NCBI GenBank assembly: GCA_905234745.1
Contig: CAJOJD010000003.1
Span: 4,434 to 68,433, forward strand
Direction: 5' to 3'
Length of the DNA stretch: 64,000 bases
From: an uncultured Bacteroidaceae bacterium
Lineage (GTDB): Bacteria > Bacteroidota > Bacteroidia > Bacteroidales > Bacteroidaceae
Shown here one piece after another: positions 31,301-40,106 of the stretch; the first letter of the stretch is position 1, and every line of letters begins with the position of its first letter. Position numbers and translations under genes: made by a program. The notes under the pieces were generated by a model. The model saw nothing but the letters and a program-made list of their open reading frames with translations, searched no databases and had not been told where the DNA came from.

Positions 31301-31869
31301 AGACCGGTACCTGCTGCAGGTGAATAAGGCTGGATAGTGTATCCTTTATAGAGATAACCCTTGCCGTAAAGCTGCTTGAGCAGCCACCACAGGGTCTCTA
31401 TGTAACGGTTGTCATAAGTGATGTAGGGATTGTCCAGGTCTACCCAGTAACCTATCTTCTGTGTAAGGTCACTCCAGTGCTCCTTGTATTTCATGACCTC
31501 GGTGCGGCAGTTCATGTTATAGTCATCGACCGAGATCTTCTTGCCTATATCCTCTTTTGTTATGCCGAGCTTCTTCTCTACGCCAAGTTCTACCGGCAGT
31601 CCGTGGGTGTCCCAACCGGCCTTACGGTTAACCTGATAGCCGCACATGGTCTTGTAGCGGCAGAAAGTGTCCTTGATGGTACGGGCCATTACGTGGTGGA
31701 TGCCGGGCATTCCGTTAGCCGAGGGAGGTCCCTCATAGAATACGAAAGAAGGACAACCTTCACGCTCCTTTATGCTGCGTGCAAAAAGATCTTCCTTCTG
31801 CCAGTCTTCCAACACGTCTTTGTTTACCTGTGACAGGTCAAGCTGTCCACGCTCAGCAAACTTTTTCAT
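28384..31869 (-). CDS. ileS: Isoleucine--tRNA ligase
   Basis: 1161 aa. The HIGH-region reads PSANGMPGIHH and the KMSKS motif reads KMSKRLGN. Confidence 0.95.
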   Translation of the reverse strand: MKKFAERGQLDLSQVNKDVLEDWQKEDLFARSIKEREGCPSFVFYEGPPSANGMPGIHHVMARTIKDTFCRYKTMCGYQVNRKAGWDTHGLPVELGVEKKLGITKEDIGKKISVDDYNMNCRTEVMKYKEHWSDLTQKIGYWVDLDNPYITYDNRYIETLWWLLKQLYGKGYLYKGYTIQPYSPAAGTGLSSHELNQPGCYRDVKDTTVTAQFEMTDPKPEMTGWGTPCFVAWTTTPWTLPSNTALCVGNKIDYVAVRTYNPYTGAPVTIVMAKERLSAYLDPKGAELDLNAYTQGDKVVPYQIVAEYKGSDLVGMHYRQLFPWVKPVFKADDGSIQISDAGFRVIPGDYVTTEDGTGIVHIAPTFGADDAFVAKAAGIPSLFMVNRKMETRPMVDFTGKYWLMDELDPDFVKNCIDKDLYTEYQGAYVKNAYDPKFNVGGKYDEAAASKEEDLNVYICIRMKQAGTAFKIEKHVHNYPHCWRTDKPVIYYPLDSWFIKASAARERMMELNDTIKWKPESTGTGRFGKWLENLNDWNLSRSRYWGTPLPIWRNDEGDELCIGSVEELYNEIEKAVKAGVMKSNPFKDKGFQPGVYTAENYDRIDLHRPYVDDIVLVSDAGRIMKRELDLIDVWFDSGAMPFAQMHYPFENKELIDNGTVFPADFIAEGVDQTRGWFYTLHAIATMVKNSVSFKTVISNGLVLDKNGNKMSKRLGNAVDPFQEIEQFGSDALRWYMITNAQPWDNLKFDEEGVKDVTRKFFGTLHNTYKFFAQYANVDGFDNSAAQIAASERPVMDRWILSELNTLTKEVRESLDDYEPTRAGRLITSFVNDYLSNWYVHLTRDRYWGSSMSQDKLAAYQTLYTCLETVSRLMSPVAPFYADRLYRDLTAVADPKAAKSVHLALYPVCDDSLVDKELETRMELAQKLTSMVLALRKRDDVKINVRKPLQKILIPVTAELRSHLEPVKELIRDQVNVKEIEFVEGATSVLVKKVKCNFKILGKKFGPLMKGVAAAVQNMSQEDVAKLEQDGSFTFDINGTPATVDTTEVEIYSEDIPGWVVANEGTLTVALDIQLTDELKREGIARELKKRIQDSRKQNGLEITDRIRVRLNSNAETDAAVREYEDWIKSQVLADSIELVAGMEQGEDISFDDYTFKLQIEKI

Positions 31870-31932
31870 TACAATTATCTGATATATAAGGATTTACATT
31901 ATTATCACGAGCACCTTGCCCGTAATTTGGCG

Positions 31933-31940
31933 CAAATTTA
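31933..31940 (-). promoter_or_regulatory. Candidate -7 box (TAAATTTG on minus strand) for the ileS operon
   Basis: Plus-strand CAAATTTA lies 63 nt upstream of the ileS ATG. Confidence 0.3.
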
Positions 31941-31976
31941 CTACTTTTATTCTTAAGAATAAAGCTATAACATGGT

Positions 31977-31984
31977 TATCTTTG
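31977..31984 (+). promoter_or_regulatory. Candidate -7 box TATCTTTG
   Basis: It ends 5 nt before the ATG at 31990, implying a leaderless or near-leaderless transcript. It lies inside the longer track ORF, which argues for the 31990 start. Confidence 0.35.
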
Positions 31985-31989
31985 CAAAT

Positions 31990-32979
31990 ATGAAGATATC
32001 CGCAATATTACGGAAAGGACTGCTCCTGTTGTGCACGATGCCTTGTCTTGTGTTTGGACAAAGCACCTTGTCAGGCGTTGTTCTTGACAGACAGAGCGGA
32101 GAGCCGATGCCGTTTGCAACCGTCTACCAGAACGGCACCACCAAAGGTACCATCACCGATAATGACGGACTGTTTGAACTACACGGCGTGAAGTTCCCCA
32201 CAACGCTGGTTTTCAGTTTTGTAGGCTACAAGACTCAGGTTCTTGAACTGGACCGGGATCCCGGAGCACTGAAGATATGGATGGATACCAACGACGGACT
32301 GCCCGAAGTGACCATCACCGACTATGGCGAGCGCGAAAAATACATGGAGTACTTCAAGACCATGTTCCTGGGTGATGACCGATGGGGACGTCGCGCAACC
32401 ATACTCAACGAAGACGCCATTATGTTTGACGACTCCGGCACCGGTGAGAACGGAACCCTGTTCAGGGCTTGGGCAGGCGAACCCATTATCATCGACCTGC
32501 CCCTTTTGGGATATCAGCTTTATGCGGATCTGGTAAACTTTTCGGTGCTTCGCATAGACGGCAAGGCCATTTGCGATATACTCGGTTACTATTTCCACAA
32601 GCCTTACAGCCCTGAAAACGGGCGACAGAACGCCAAGTATGAGAAGAACCGCGCATCGGCCTATTACAACTCAAACAGGCATTTTTTGAGGTCTTTTTAT
32701 GAAAACCGGCTTGCAGAGAACGGATACCTCCTGTCTACGCCCGATTCGGGTGCGATTGACAAAACTCTCAAAATCCGCTATTATCATAAGATGGACGGTT
32801 CTCCGCTGGACTTGACAAAGTACAAGCCAGCGCTGCATCTGTTCTCAGAGTCCGGAATACATCTGCTTAATGACACCTGTACAATACTCAGCAACGGCAC
32901 CATTACCGACAGCAGTATCCGCTTTACAGGTGACATATCGGAGAAAAGAATCGGCGCCTCTCTCCCCGCTGATTACTAA
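31990..32979 (+). CDS. Carboxypeptidase-regulatory-like (CarboxypepD_reg) domain protein
   Basis: Signal peptide MKISAILRKGLLLLCTMPCLVFGQ, followed by LSGVVLDRQSGEPMPFATVY...TDNDGLFEL, the typical CarboxypepD_reg fold signature. Confidence 0.65.
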   Translation: MKISAILRKGLLLLCTMPCLVFGQSTLSGVVLDRQSGEPMPFATVYQNGTTKGTITDNDGLFELHGVKFPTTLVFSFVGYKTQVLELDRDPGALKIWMDTNDGLPEVTITDYGEREKYMEYFKTMFLGDDRWGRRATILNEDAIMFDDSGTGENGTLFRAWAGEPIIIDLPLLGYQLYADLVNFSVLRIDGKAICDILGYYFHKPYSPENGRQNAKYEKNRASAYYNSNRHFLRSFYENRLAENGYLLSTPDSGAIDKTLKIRYYHKMDGSPLDLTKYKPALHLFSESGIHLLNDTCTILSNGTITDSSIRFTGDISEKRIGASLPADY

Positions 32980-33019
32980 AAATTTGTAACTTCGCGGTCT
33001 GAAACAGATTCCAGACCAA

Positions 33020-33610
33020 ATGAACATTGCAATAGTCAAGTACAATGCCGGAAACATTCGCTCGGTTATAGGTGCGCTGAACAGACTTGGCGTAAATCCC
33101 GTTCTGACCGATAATGAGGAACTGCTGCGTAGTGCCGACAAGGTTATCTTTCCCGGTGTCGGCGAGGCCAGCACCACCATGGAGTACCTCCGGGCACATG
33201 GCCTGGACCGCATAATCAAGGACCTTAGGCAACCCGTTCTGGGTATCTGCCTTGGTCAGCAGCTTATGTGCAGCTGCAGCGAGGAGGGCAACACCGACTG
33301 CCTTGGCATTTTTGACGTTCCGGTACTGAGATTTCAGCCCCAAAGACATGAGGATAAGGTTCCGCACATGGGTTGGAACACCATAGAAACCACACAGGAC
33401 GGCCTGTTCAAAGGATTCACAAAACCCGAATACGTATATTTCGTACACAGTTTTTATGTACCGGTCTGCGACTGGACCGCCGCAAAGACAGATTACATAC
33501 TCCCGTTCAGCGCATCGCTCCGTAAGGAGAACTTTTACGCTACCCAGTTCCACCCCGAGAAGAGCGGCGGTACAGGAGAAAGTATTCTTAAGAATTTTCT
33601 TGACATATAA
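33020..33610 (+). CDS. hisH: Imidazole glycerol phosphate synthase, glutaminase subunit
   Basis: 196 aa with LGICLGQQ (catalytic Cys) and the FHPEKS motif. Confidence 0.92.
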   Translation: MNIAIVKYNAGNIRSVIGALNRLGVNPVLTDNEELLRSADKVIFPGVGEASTTMEYLRAHGLDRIIKDLRQPVLGICLGQQLMCSCSEEGNTDCLGIFDVPVLRFQPQRHEDKVPHMGWNTIETTQDGLFKGFTKPEYVYFVHSFYVPVCDWTAAKTDYILPFSASLRKENFYATQFHPEKSGGTGESILKNFLDI

Positions 33611-33615
33611 GAACA

Positions 33616-34338
33616 ATGGAGATAGTTCCCGCAATAGACATAATAGACGGTAAATGCGTACGCCTCACCAAGGGTGACTACAATGCGCAGAAGACCTACA
33701 GCGATAACCCGCTGGACATGGCGCTGCGCTTTCAGGATGCAGGCATAAGACGCCTCCATCTTGTAGATCTGGACGGCGCCCGCAGCAAGCATATAGTCAA
33801 CTATCCCACCCTTGAAGCCATTGCCGGACACACCGACCTTACTGTCGATTTCGGAGGCGGAATCAAATCCACACAGGACTTGGAGACCGCACTTGGATGC
33901 GGAGCCCAGATGGTAACCATCGGCAGCACCGCAGTAACCGAGCCTGAACTGATGGCCAGTTGGATAGAAGACTTCGGACAGGAGCACATAATCCTGGGGG
34001 CCGATGCCCGCGACGGCAAGATTTCCGTAAACGGATGGAAAGAAGACAGTGAGCTCACACTCAGCGACTTTATAAGCAGTTACATGCAGAAGGGAATCAC
34101 CCAGGTCCTATGCACTGACATAAACCGCGACGGAATGCTGCAAGGCCCGTCAGTAGAGTTGTACAAAGCTCTGCTCAAGAAGTTCCCGGGCATAAAACTG
34201 ATTGCCAGCGGAGGCGTCAGTTCCGTACAGGACCTGATAGACCTGAAGGAAGCCGGACTGCCCGCAGCCATAGTAGGCAAAGCATACTACGAGGGCCGCA
34301 TAACATTGGAACAACTCTCCCAACTTAGCCAGGAATAA
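33616..34338 (+). CDS. hisA: ProFAR isomerase
   Basis: 240 aa with the PAIDIIDGKCVRL start and GGGI motifs, positioned between hisH and hisF. Confidence 0.9.
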   Translation: MEIVPAIDIIDGKCVRLTKGDYNAQKTYSDNPLDMALRFQDAGIRRLHLVDLDGARSKHIVNYPTLEAIAGHTDLTVDFGGGIKSTQDLETALGCGAQMVTIGSTAVTEPELMASWIEDFGQEHIILGADARDGKISVNGWKEDSELTLSDFISSYMQKGITQVLCTDINRDGMLQGPSVELYKALLKKFPGIKLIASGGVSSVQDLIDLKEAGLPAAIVGKAYYEGRITLEQLSQLSQE

Positions 34339-34341
34339 AAG

Positions 34342-35097
34342 ATGTTAGCAAAGAGAATCATACCCTGCCTTGACATATGCAACGGACGCACCGTAAAGGG
34401 CACGAACTTTGTGAATCTGCGCGATGCAGGAGACCCCGTGGAACTGGGGCGTCTGTACAGCGAACAGGGTGCCGACGAGCTGACCTTCCTGGACATCACG
34501 GCATCCTTTGAAGGAAGAAAAACTTTTACAGAATTGGTTGAGCGCATAGCCGCCAACATATCAATTCCATTCACAGTGGGCGGAGGCATTCACGAGCTCA
34601 AGGATGTGGAGCGTCTGCTCTGTGCCGGAGCCGACAAGGTATCGGTCAATTCGGCCGCCATCAAGAATCCGGAACTGATTGACCAGATTGCACTTAACTT
34701 CGGATCGCAGGTATGTGTAGTGGCAATTGACGCCAAGCAGACACCGGAGGGCTGGCGCTGTTTCCTGAACGGAGGTCGCGTTCCCACCGAGCGTATGCTC
34801 TTTGAGTGGGCAAAAGAAGCCAATGAGCGCGGTGCAGGCGAAATCCTGTTTACCAGCATGGATCATGACGGAGTAAAGCAGGGATACGCCAACGATGCAT
34901 TGAGAAAACTCTCCGATGAACTTACGATACCGATAATCGCATCGGGCGGAGCAGGCAAAAAAGAGCATTTCCGCGACGCATTTACCATAGGCCACGCCGA
35001 TGCCGCACTGGCAGCAAGCGTTTTTCACTTCGGAGAAATACCAATTCCCGAATTAAAGCAGTACCTTTGCGATTTGAAAATTCCTATAAGAATATAA
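34342..35097 (+). CDS. hisF: Imidazole glycerol phosphate synthase, cyclase subunit
   Basis: 251 aa with RIIPCLD, FTVGGGI and ASGGAG motifs. Confidence 0.93.
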   Translation: MLAKRIIPCLDICNGRTVKGTNFVNLRDAGDPVELGRLYSEQGADELTFLDITASFEGRKTFTELVERIAANISIPFTVGGGIHELKDVERLLCAGADKVSVNSAAIKNPELIDQIALNFGSQVCVVAIDAKQTPEGWRCFLNGGRVPTERMLFEWAKEANERGAGEILFTSMDHDGVKQGYANDALRKLSDELTIPIIASGGAGKKEHFRDAFTIGHADAALAASVFHFGEIPIPELKQYLCDLKIPIRI

Positions 35098-35109
35098 TTA
35101 TACCATAAG

Positions 35110-35706
35110 ATGGATATTAACTTTGAAAAAATGGGCGGTCTTGTACCCGCTATAGTTCAGGACAATGTGACACGCAAGGTCCTGATGCTTGGTTTCATGA
35201 ACAAGGAAGCCTATGACAAGACCGTAGAGACCGGAAAAGTCACATTCTGGAGCCGCACCAGAAACTGCCTTTGGACCAAGGGCGAAACCAGCGGCAACTT
35301 TCTGAACGTAAAGGAGATACTCCTGGACTGCGACCAGGACACCCTGCTCATAAAGGCCCGTCCCGACGGTCCCGTATGCCATACAGGTGCCGACACCTGC
35401 TGGAACGAGCAGAACAGCGTTGACCTGAACTTCCTGTCATACCTGCAGGATTTCATTGACCGCCGATACAAGGAGATGCCCGAAGGCTCATACACCACAT
35501 CGCTGTTCAAGAGCGGCGTGAACCGTATGGCCCAGAAGGTTGGCGAAGAGGCTGTTGAGACCGTAATCGAGGCCACCAACGGCACTGACGACCGTCTGAT
35601 TTATGAGGCATCGGACCTGATATATCACCTCATCGTGCTGCTCACCTCAAAGGGACACCGCATTGAGGAGCTGGCCGCCGAGCTGGTAAAGCGCCACAAG
35701 GAATAA
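35110..35706 (+). CDS. hisI: Bifunctional phosphoribosyl-AMP cyclohydrolase / phosphoribosyl-ATP pyrophosphatase
   Basis: 198 aa. The N-terminal half has a HisI signature (FWSRTRNCLWTKGETSGN, DCDQDTLL) and the C-terminal half a HisE signature (EEAVETVIEA...EASDLIYHLIVLL). Confidence 0.9.
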   Translation: MDINFEKMGGLVPAIVQDNVTRKVLMLGFMNKEAYDKTVETGKVTFWSRTRNCLWTKGETSGNFLNVKEILLDCDQDTLLIKARPDGPVCHTGADTCWNEQNSVDLNFLSYLQDFIDRRYKEMPEGSYTTSLFKSGVNRMAQKVGEEAVETVIEATNGTDDRLIYEASDLIYHLIVLLTSKGHRIEELAAELVKRHKE

Positions 35707-35718
35707 ACCCGCATATAG

Positions 35719-36429
35719 ATGGAAATAATTGATTATCGCAACGTTGAGGTCCGTCAGGAGGACATGTTCGTTCTGGGCGACGTCACTTTCACCGTACAGG
35801 AGGGTGATTTTGTCTATCTGATAGGCAAGGTCGGCTCAGGCAAGAGCAGCCTTTTCAAGACCCTGTACTGCGAGTTGGACGTACTCTGCCCTATGCCTGA
35901 CAGCCATGCCATAGTTCTGGGCATGAACCTGATGACAATGAAGAAGCGCCAGGTTCCCGGTCTGCGCCGTCAGATGGGAATCGTCTTTCAGGACTTCCAG
36001 TTGCTCACAGACCGCAACGTGTTCGATAATCTGAGTTTCGTACTGAGATCCACAGGCTGGAAAGACAAGAAACTCATTCATCAGAAGATATTCCAGGTAT
36101 TGGGACTTGTAGGAATGGACACCAAAGGATACAAGATGCCTCATGAACTGTCAGGCGGAGAGCAGCAGCGTATCTGCATAGCCCGCGCCCTGCTTAATGA
36201 CCCCAAACTGATTCTGGCCGATGAGCCCACCGGCAATCTGGACCCCGAAACCGGACGTCAGATCATGGAGATCCTGCACAAAGTTGGAAAAAGCGGCACC
36301 ACAATCCTTATGATTACCCACAACCTGCAGTGGATAGACGAATTCCCCGGACGCGTATTCAAATGCCAGGACCGCAAACTCCTGGTTGACGCCGATGTAA
36401 AGGAGACTCAAGATCAGAAAGATAACTGA
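35719..36429 (+). CDS. ftsE: ABC-transporter ATP-binding protein, FtsE-like
   Basis: Walker [10 protein letters not shown], signature LSGGEQQR and Walker [12 protein letters not shown] are present. No adjacent permease gene was seen. Confidence 0.6.
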   Translation: MEIIDYRNVEVRQEDMFVLGDVTFTVQEGDFVYLIGKVGSGKSSLFKTLYCELDVLCPMPDSHAIVLGMNLMTMKKRQVPGLRRQMGIVFQDFQLLTDRNVFDNLSFVLRSTGWKDKKLIHQKIFQVLGLVGMDTKGYKMPHELSGGEQQRICIARALLNDPKLILADEPTGNLDPETGRQIMEILHKVGKSGTTILMITHNLQWIDEFPGRVFKCQDRKLLVDADVKETQDQKDN

Positions 36430-36451
36430 AATAACCAAGACACACTATAAC

Positions 36452-37774
36452 ATGAAAGTATTGAAATTCGGCGGCACGTCAGTAGGAACCCCTGAGAGAA
36501 TGAAGGAGGTAAGCCGCCTTGTCACCCAAGACGGTGAGCAGAAGCTGGTAGTCCTGTCGGCCATGTCTGGCACCACCAATTCACTTGTAGAAATATCCCA
36601 GTACCTCTACGGAGGCAACAAGGCAGGCGCCGATGACGTAATCAACCGTCTGCGCACAAAGTACTATGCACACGTACCCGAGCTCCTCAGCAAGAAGGAA
36701 AACCAGGACGAACTGCAGAAATTCCTGGAAGATAAGTTCAACTATCTCCAGTCATTCTATATAGACAACTTTACCGAGAAAGAGGAAAAGATAATACTCG
36801 CCCAGGGTGAGCTTATCTCAACATACATGGTTACCTGCTACCTCAAGGAGCAGGGCATCAAGACCGCATTGCTGCCGGCTCTTGACTTCATGAAGACCAA
36901 TGCCGATGCCGAGCCTGACATGCAGTTCATAGCCGATAAGGCCGCTGCACAGCTCAAGGCTGTTCCAGGCATGCAGATATATATCACTCAGGGCTTTATC
37001 TGCCGCAACGTTCAGGGTGACATTGACAACCTGCAGCGCGGAGGCAGTGACTACACCGCATCAATCCTGGGTGCCGCCATCAAGGCCGACGAGATCCAGA
37101 TCTGGACCGACATTGACGGCATGCACAACAACGATCCCCGTGTAGTCGACAAGACCCAGCCCGTACGCCACCTCCACTTTGAGGAGGCAGCCGAGTTGGC
37201 ATACTTCGGAGCCAAGATACTCCACCCCACCTGCATTCAGCCTGCCAAGGCAGCCAACATATCCGTACGTCTGCTCAACACCATGGAGCCCACAGCTCCC
37301 GGCACTCTGATAGACAACCGTTCGGAGCCCGGCCGCATTGCAGCCGTAGCCGCCAAGGACAAGATCACCGCAATCAAGATCAAGTCCAGCCGAATGCTGT
37401 TGGCACACGGTTTCCTCAAGAAGGTATTCGAGGTGTTTGAGACCTACCGCACATCAATCGACATGATCTGCACATCCGAGGTGGGTGTTTCAATGTCAAT
37501 AGACAACACCAAGCATCTGGAGGAGATTGTGGCTGAACTCAAGAAATACGGCACGGTAACCGTCGACAGCGGCATGTGCATAGTATGCGTGGTCGGTGAC
37601 ATGGTTTGGGAGAACCTGGGATTCGAGTCACGCGCCATGGACGCCCTGGCCGATATCCCCGTACGAATGATATCATACGGAGGCAGCAACTACAACATTT
37701 CATTCCTCATCAGGGAGAGTGACAAGAAAGCCGCTTTGCAGCGCCTGAGCGATGTACTCTTCAACAACAAGTAA
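36452..37774 (+). CDS. lysC: Aspartate kinase
   Basis: 440 aa with the MKVLKFGGTSVG start, the RGGSDYTA motif and a C-terminal ACT-like region. Confidence 0.9.
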   Translation: MKVLKFGGTSVGTPERMKEVSRLVTQDGEQKLVVLSAMSGTTNSLVEISQYLYGGNKAGADDVINRLRTKYYAHVPELLSKKENQDELQKFLEDKFNYLQSFYIDNFTEKEEKIILAQGELISTYMVTCYLKEQGIKTALLPALDFMKTNADAEPDMQFIADKAAAQLKAVPGMQIYITQGFICRNVQGDIDNLQRGGSDYTASILGAAIKADEIQIWTDIDGMHNNDPRVVDKTQPVRHLHFEEAAELAYFGAKILHPTCIQPAKAANISVRLLNTMEPTAPGTLIDNRSEPGRIAAVAAKDKITAIKIKSSRMLLAHGFLKKVFEVFETYRTSIDMICTSEVGVSMSIDNTKHLEEIVAELKKYGTVTVDSGMCIVCVVGDMVWENLGFESRAMDALADIPVRMISYGGSNYNISFLIRESDKKAALQRLSDVLFNNK

Positions 37775-37778
37775 AAAG

Positions 37779-38903
37779 ATGCGCACACCATACTACCAGT
37801 ATGACCTGGGGATATTGGAGAATACCCTCAAGTCAATAGAAGAATGCGTAGGAGGCAATCCCGACTGGCACGTACACTACGCCATAAAGGCCAATGCCAA
37901 CCCCCTGCTGCTCAAGCACATCAACGAGTACGGTCTGGGCATAGACTGCGTCAGCGGCGGTGAGATCCAGGTTGCTTTGGACAACGGTTTCCCCGCATCA
38001 TCGATAGTATTCGCAGGCGTAGGCAAGGCCGATTGGGAGATAGATCTGGCACTTAATGCCGGAATAGCCTGCTTCAACGTGGAATCAGAGGCCGAGCTTG
38101 ACGTCATTGCAGAGCGTTGCGCCGCCTTGAACAAGACTGCACACATAGCACTCCGCGTCAACCCCGATGTCGATGCACATACACATGCCAACATAACCAC
38201 GGGAAAGGCCGAGAACAAGTTCGGAATAGAGATACCCATGCTTCTGCCCATAATCCGCAAGGCACAGCAGAATCCATGCTTTGTATTTGAGGGACTGCAT
38301 TTCCATATCGGCTCACAGATTCTTGATCTGGATCCGTTCCGCCTGCTCTGCCGGAAGGTAAATGACCTGCAGGATATGCTTGAGGCTGAAGGCATAAGAA
38401 TCAACAGCGTGAACGTAGGAGGCGGTCTTGGCGTTGACTATGTCAACCCCGAGCAGAACCCCGTTCCGGATTTCAAGCAATTCTTTGAAATATTCCGCAG
38501 TGACCTTAAGTTGCGTCCCGGACAGCAGCTCCACTTTGAGTTGGGCCGTGCCGTAGTGGCACAGTGCGGACGCCTTATAACCAAGGTCCTCTACGTCAAG
38601 CAGGGAACAATCAAGAAGTTCGCTATTGTTGACGCCGGATTCACAGAACTCATACGCCCCGCCCTTTACGGCGCACATCACAAGATAGTGAACCTGACCT
38701 CCAACGGTCCTCTCCAGAAGTATGATGTGGTAGGTCCCATATGCGAATCATCGGACATATTCGGAAAAGATGAAGTGCTACCGGAGGTTCACCGTGGTGA
38801 CCTGATAGCACTCATGTCTGCTGGGGCTTATGGGGAGGCTATGGCTTCTCAGTATAACTGCAGGGCTCTTCCTTCTTCCGGGTCTGACCCCTTTGCGTCA
38901 TAA
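37779..38903 (+). CDS. lysA: Diaminopimelate decarboxylase (C-terminus replaced by a repeat element)
   Basis: 374 aa from the ATG at 37779, 4 nt after the lysC stop. It has the YAIKAN PLP-lysine motif, HFHIGSQ, CESSD and GAYG. The last 8 codons and the stop lie inside the palindromic repeat at 38879..38933. Confidence 0.88.
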   Translation: MRTPYYQYDLGILENTLKSIEECVGGNPDWHVHYAIKANANPLLLKHINEYGLGIDCVSGGEIQVALDNGFPASSIVFAGVGKADWEIDLALNAGIACFNVESEAELDVIAERCAALNKTAHIALRVNPDVDAHTHANITTGKAENKFGIEIPMLLPIIRKAQQNPCFVFEGLHFHIGSQILDLDPFRLLCRKVNDLQDMLEAEGIRINSVNVGGGLGVDYVNPEQNPVPDFKQFFEIFRSDLKLRPGQQLHFELGRAVVAQCGRLITKVLYVKQGTIKKFAIVDAGFTELIRPALYGAHHKIVNLTSNGPLQKYDVVGPICESSDIFGKDEVLPEVHRGDLIALMSAGAYGEAMASQYNCRALPSSGSDPFAS

Positions 38904-38933
38904 CTTTGTTACGACGCAAAGGGGTCAGACCCG
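38879..38933. repeat. REP-like palindromic element (two GGGTCNGACCC cores forming a 21-bp perfect stem)
   Basis: CGGGTCTGACCCCTTTGCGTC (38879-38899) is the exact reverse complement of GACGCAAAGGGGTCAGACCCG (38913-38933), separated by a 13-nt spacer. It lies between the convergent lysA and the gene at 38944..40011. Confidence 0.85.
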
Positions 38934-38943
38934 GCTCGCTTAG

Positions 38944-40011
38944 CTAGAATTTCCACAATAAGCCGAGGGAGATGGGGAAGTCCCAGTAAAGCTGGCTGAC
39001 ATCCCCTTCCATGTGCTCAAAGATTCCGGCACCGCCGCTAAGGTCAAGTGCAAGATTCTTGCTCAGGAATATATCGTAGCCCAACTGACAGGTAAAGAAA
39101 TTCTCATGATGGTTACGTGTGGCGGGCTTTCCGTGGAACGACAGCGAGAAGGCTCCTATATCCAGCCCTGCGCCCAGGCTCCATGTAAATCCGGGCTCAA
39201 ACACGCCTTGCTCAAACAACGAACCGGTGGTGTAGCCCAGGTCGCCCATAAGTGATATTCCGCCGCGGTTACCCAGTCGGCATTTCATCTGCAGCACATC
39301 ACGTATGTTTCCTGTCTGGGTAAAAATCTGGAACTGAGGTGAAACTGAAAAGTACGGGAACCTGTCATCGGGAACATCCCAATTTTTGACAACGCCTATT
39401 ATCATTCCGGCTGATGCCACAGCAACTGCGGCCGCACCTATCAGCAGAGCGTCATCATCGACCTTTGTCAGATCCAGGTCCGAGTTCTTGGGACGGCTTG
39501 AACTGGAGTGGGTTTTATTGTAACGGCTCGAGTTAGAAGGTGTCCAGTTGTCATAATGACGGCCGTCATAGTAACGTGCACGGTGGGCCACGTCATACCA
39601 GAAGAGGTCGTGATAGAAGTCAAACAGGTCAACCAGCAGCATGGCCAGTACGGGATCATCGGGATCACTGGTGCTGTATTTCTTGCCTTCAGCATCGAGA
39701 GTGCTGTATACGATATTGTCAACAATCACCTCCTTTACAGGTTTGTCTACCGGCACGGGATCATGCAACTCGGCAACGGTATCGGGCATAAAGAGGTCAT
39801 ACATTACTGACTTGCTCTTATCCTTGTAAACAAAGTGGAACTGGGCGGTAACCTCGGCCGGACAGTTCTTGTACATGGTCAGATAGTCCAGTCCGTCATC
39901 GGCGGTCACGACCTCACCCCATACCATTATGTTTGATTTGTCTTTCTTCTTTCCGTAAACGGCTGTAAGCGGAAGCAAAACAGCCATCAGCATAATCATG
40001 AACTTCTTCAT
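38944..40011 (-). CDS. Hypothetical secreted/membrane protein with beta-barrel-like C-terminus
   Basis: 355 aa with a signal peptide, a Ser/Asn/Arg-rich low-complexity linker, a hydrophobic segment LLIGAAAVAVASAGMIIGVV, a Gly-rich amphipathic C-terminal part and a terminal WKF. Confidence 0.4.
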   Translation of the reverse strand: MKKFMIMLMAVLLPLTAVYGKKKDKSNIMVWGEVVTADDGLDYLTMYKNCPAEVTAQFHFVYKDKSKSVMYDLFMPDTVAELHDPVPVDKPVKEVIVDNIVYSTLDAEGKKYSTSDPDDPVLAMLLVDLFDFYHDLFWYDVAHRARYYDGRHYDNWTPSNSSRYNKTHSSSSRPKNSDLDLTKVDDDALLIGAAAVAVASAGMIIGVVKNWDVPDDRFPYFSVSPQFQIFTQTGNIRDVLQMKCRLGNRGGISLMGDLGYTTGSLFEQGVFEPGFTWSLGAGLDIGAFSLSFHGKPATRNHHENFFTCQLGYDIFLSKNLALDLSGGAGIFEHMEGDVSQLYWDFPISLGLLWKF

Positions 40012-40037
40012 AAAGCTTTCAGGTTTGAATCCGATGA

Positions 40038-40045
40038 CAAAGATA
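40038..40045 (-). promoter_or_regulatory. Candidate -7 box (TATCTTTG on minus strand)
   Basis: Plus-strand CAAAGATA lies 26 nt upstream of the ATG at 40011. Confidence 0.3.
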
Positions 40046-40106
40046 TGGAGGATAGTTTACCCGGGAACGGGTATTTTCCCTAAAAAGAGCAGGGGAAAAC
40101 CCTATT

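Noticed and set aside
35719-36429. FtsE-like ATPase sandwiched between his and lys biosynthesis genes as a possible novel transporter component
   Set aside because: It is a standard ABC ATPase with intact motifs. As far as I recall, FtsE-like genes without an adjacent permease are ordinary in Bacteroidota, and nothing in the sequence suggests a special role.
40012-40106. Possible small RNA or terminator between the hypothetical gene and rmuC (GGGTTTTCCC...GGGAAAATACCC imperfect hairpin on the minus strand)
   Set aside because: The stem has bulges and there is no clear U-tract. It is probably just a weak rmuC terminator, and there is not enough evidence for an RNA gene.
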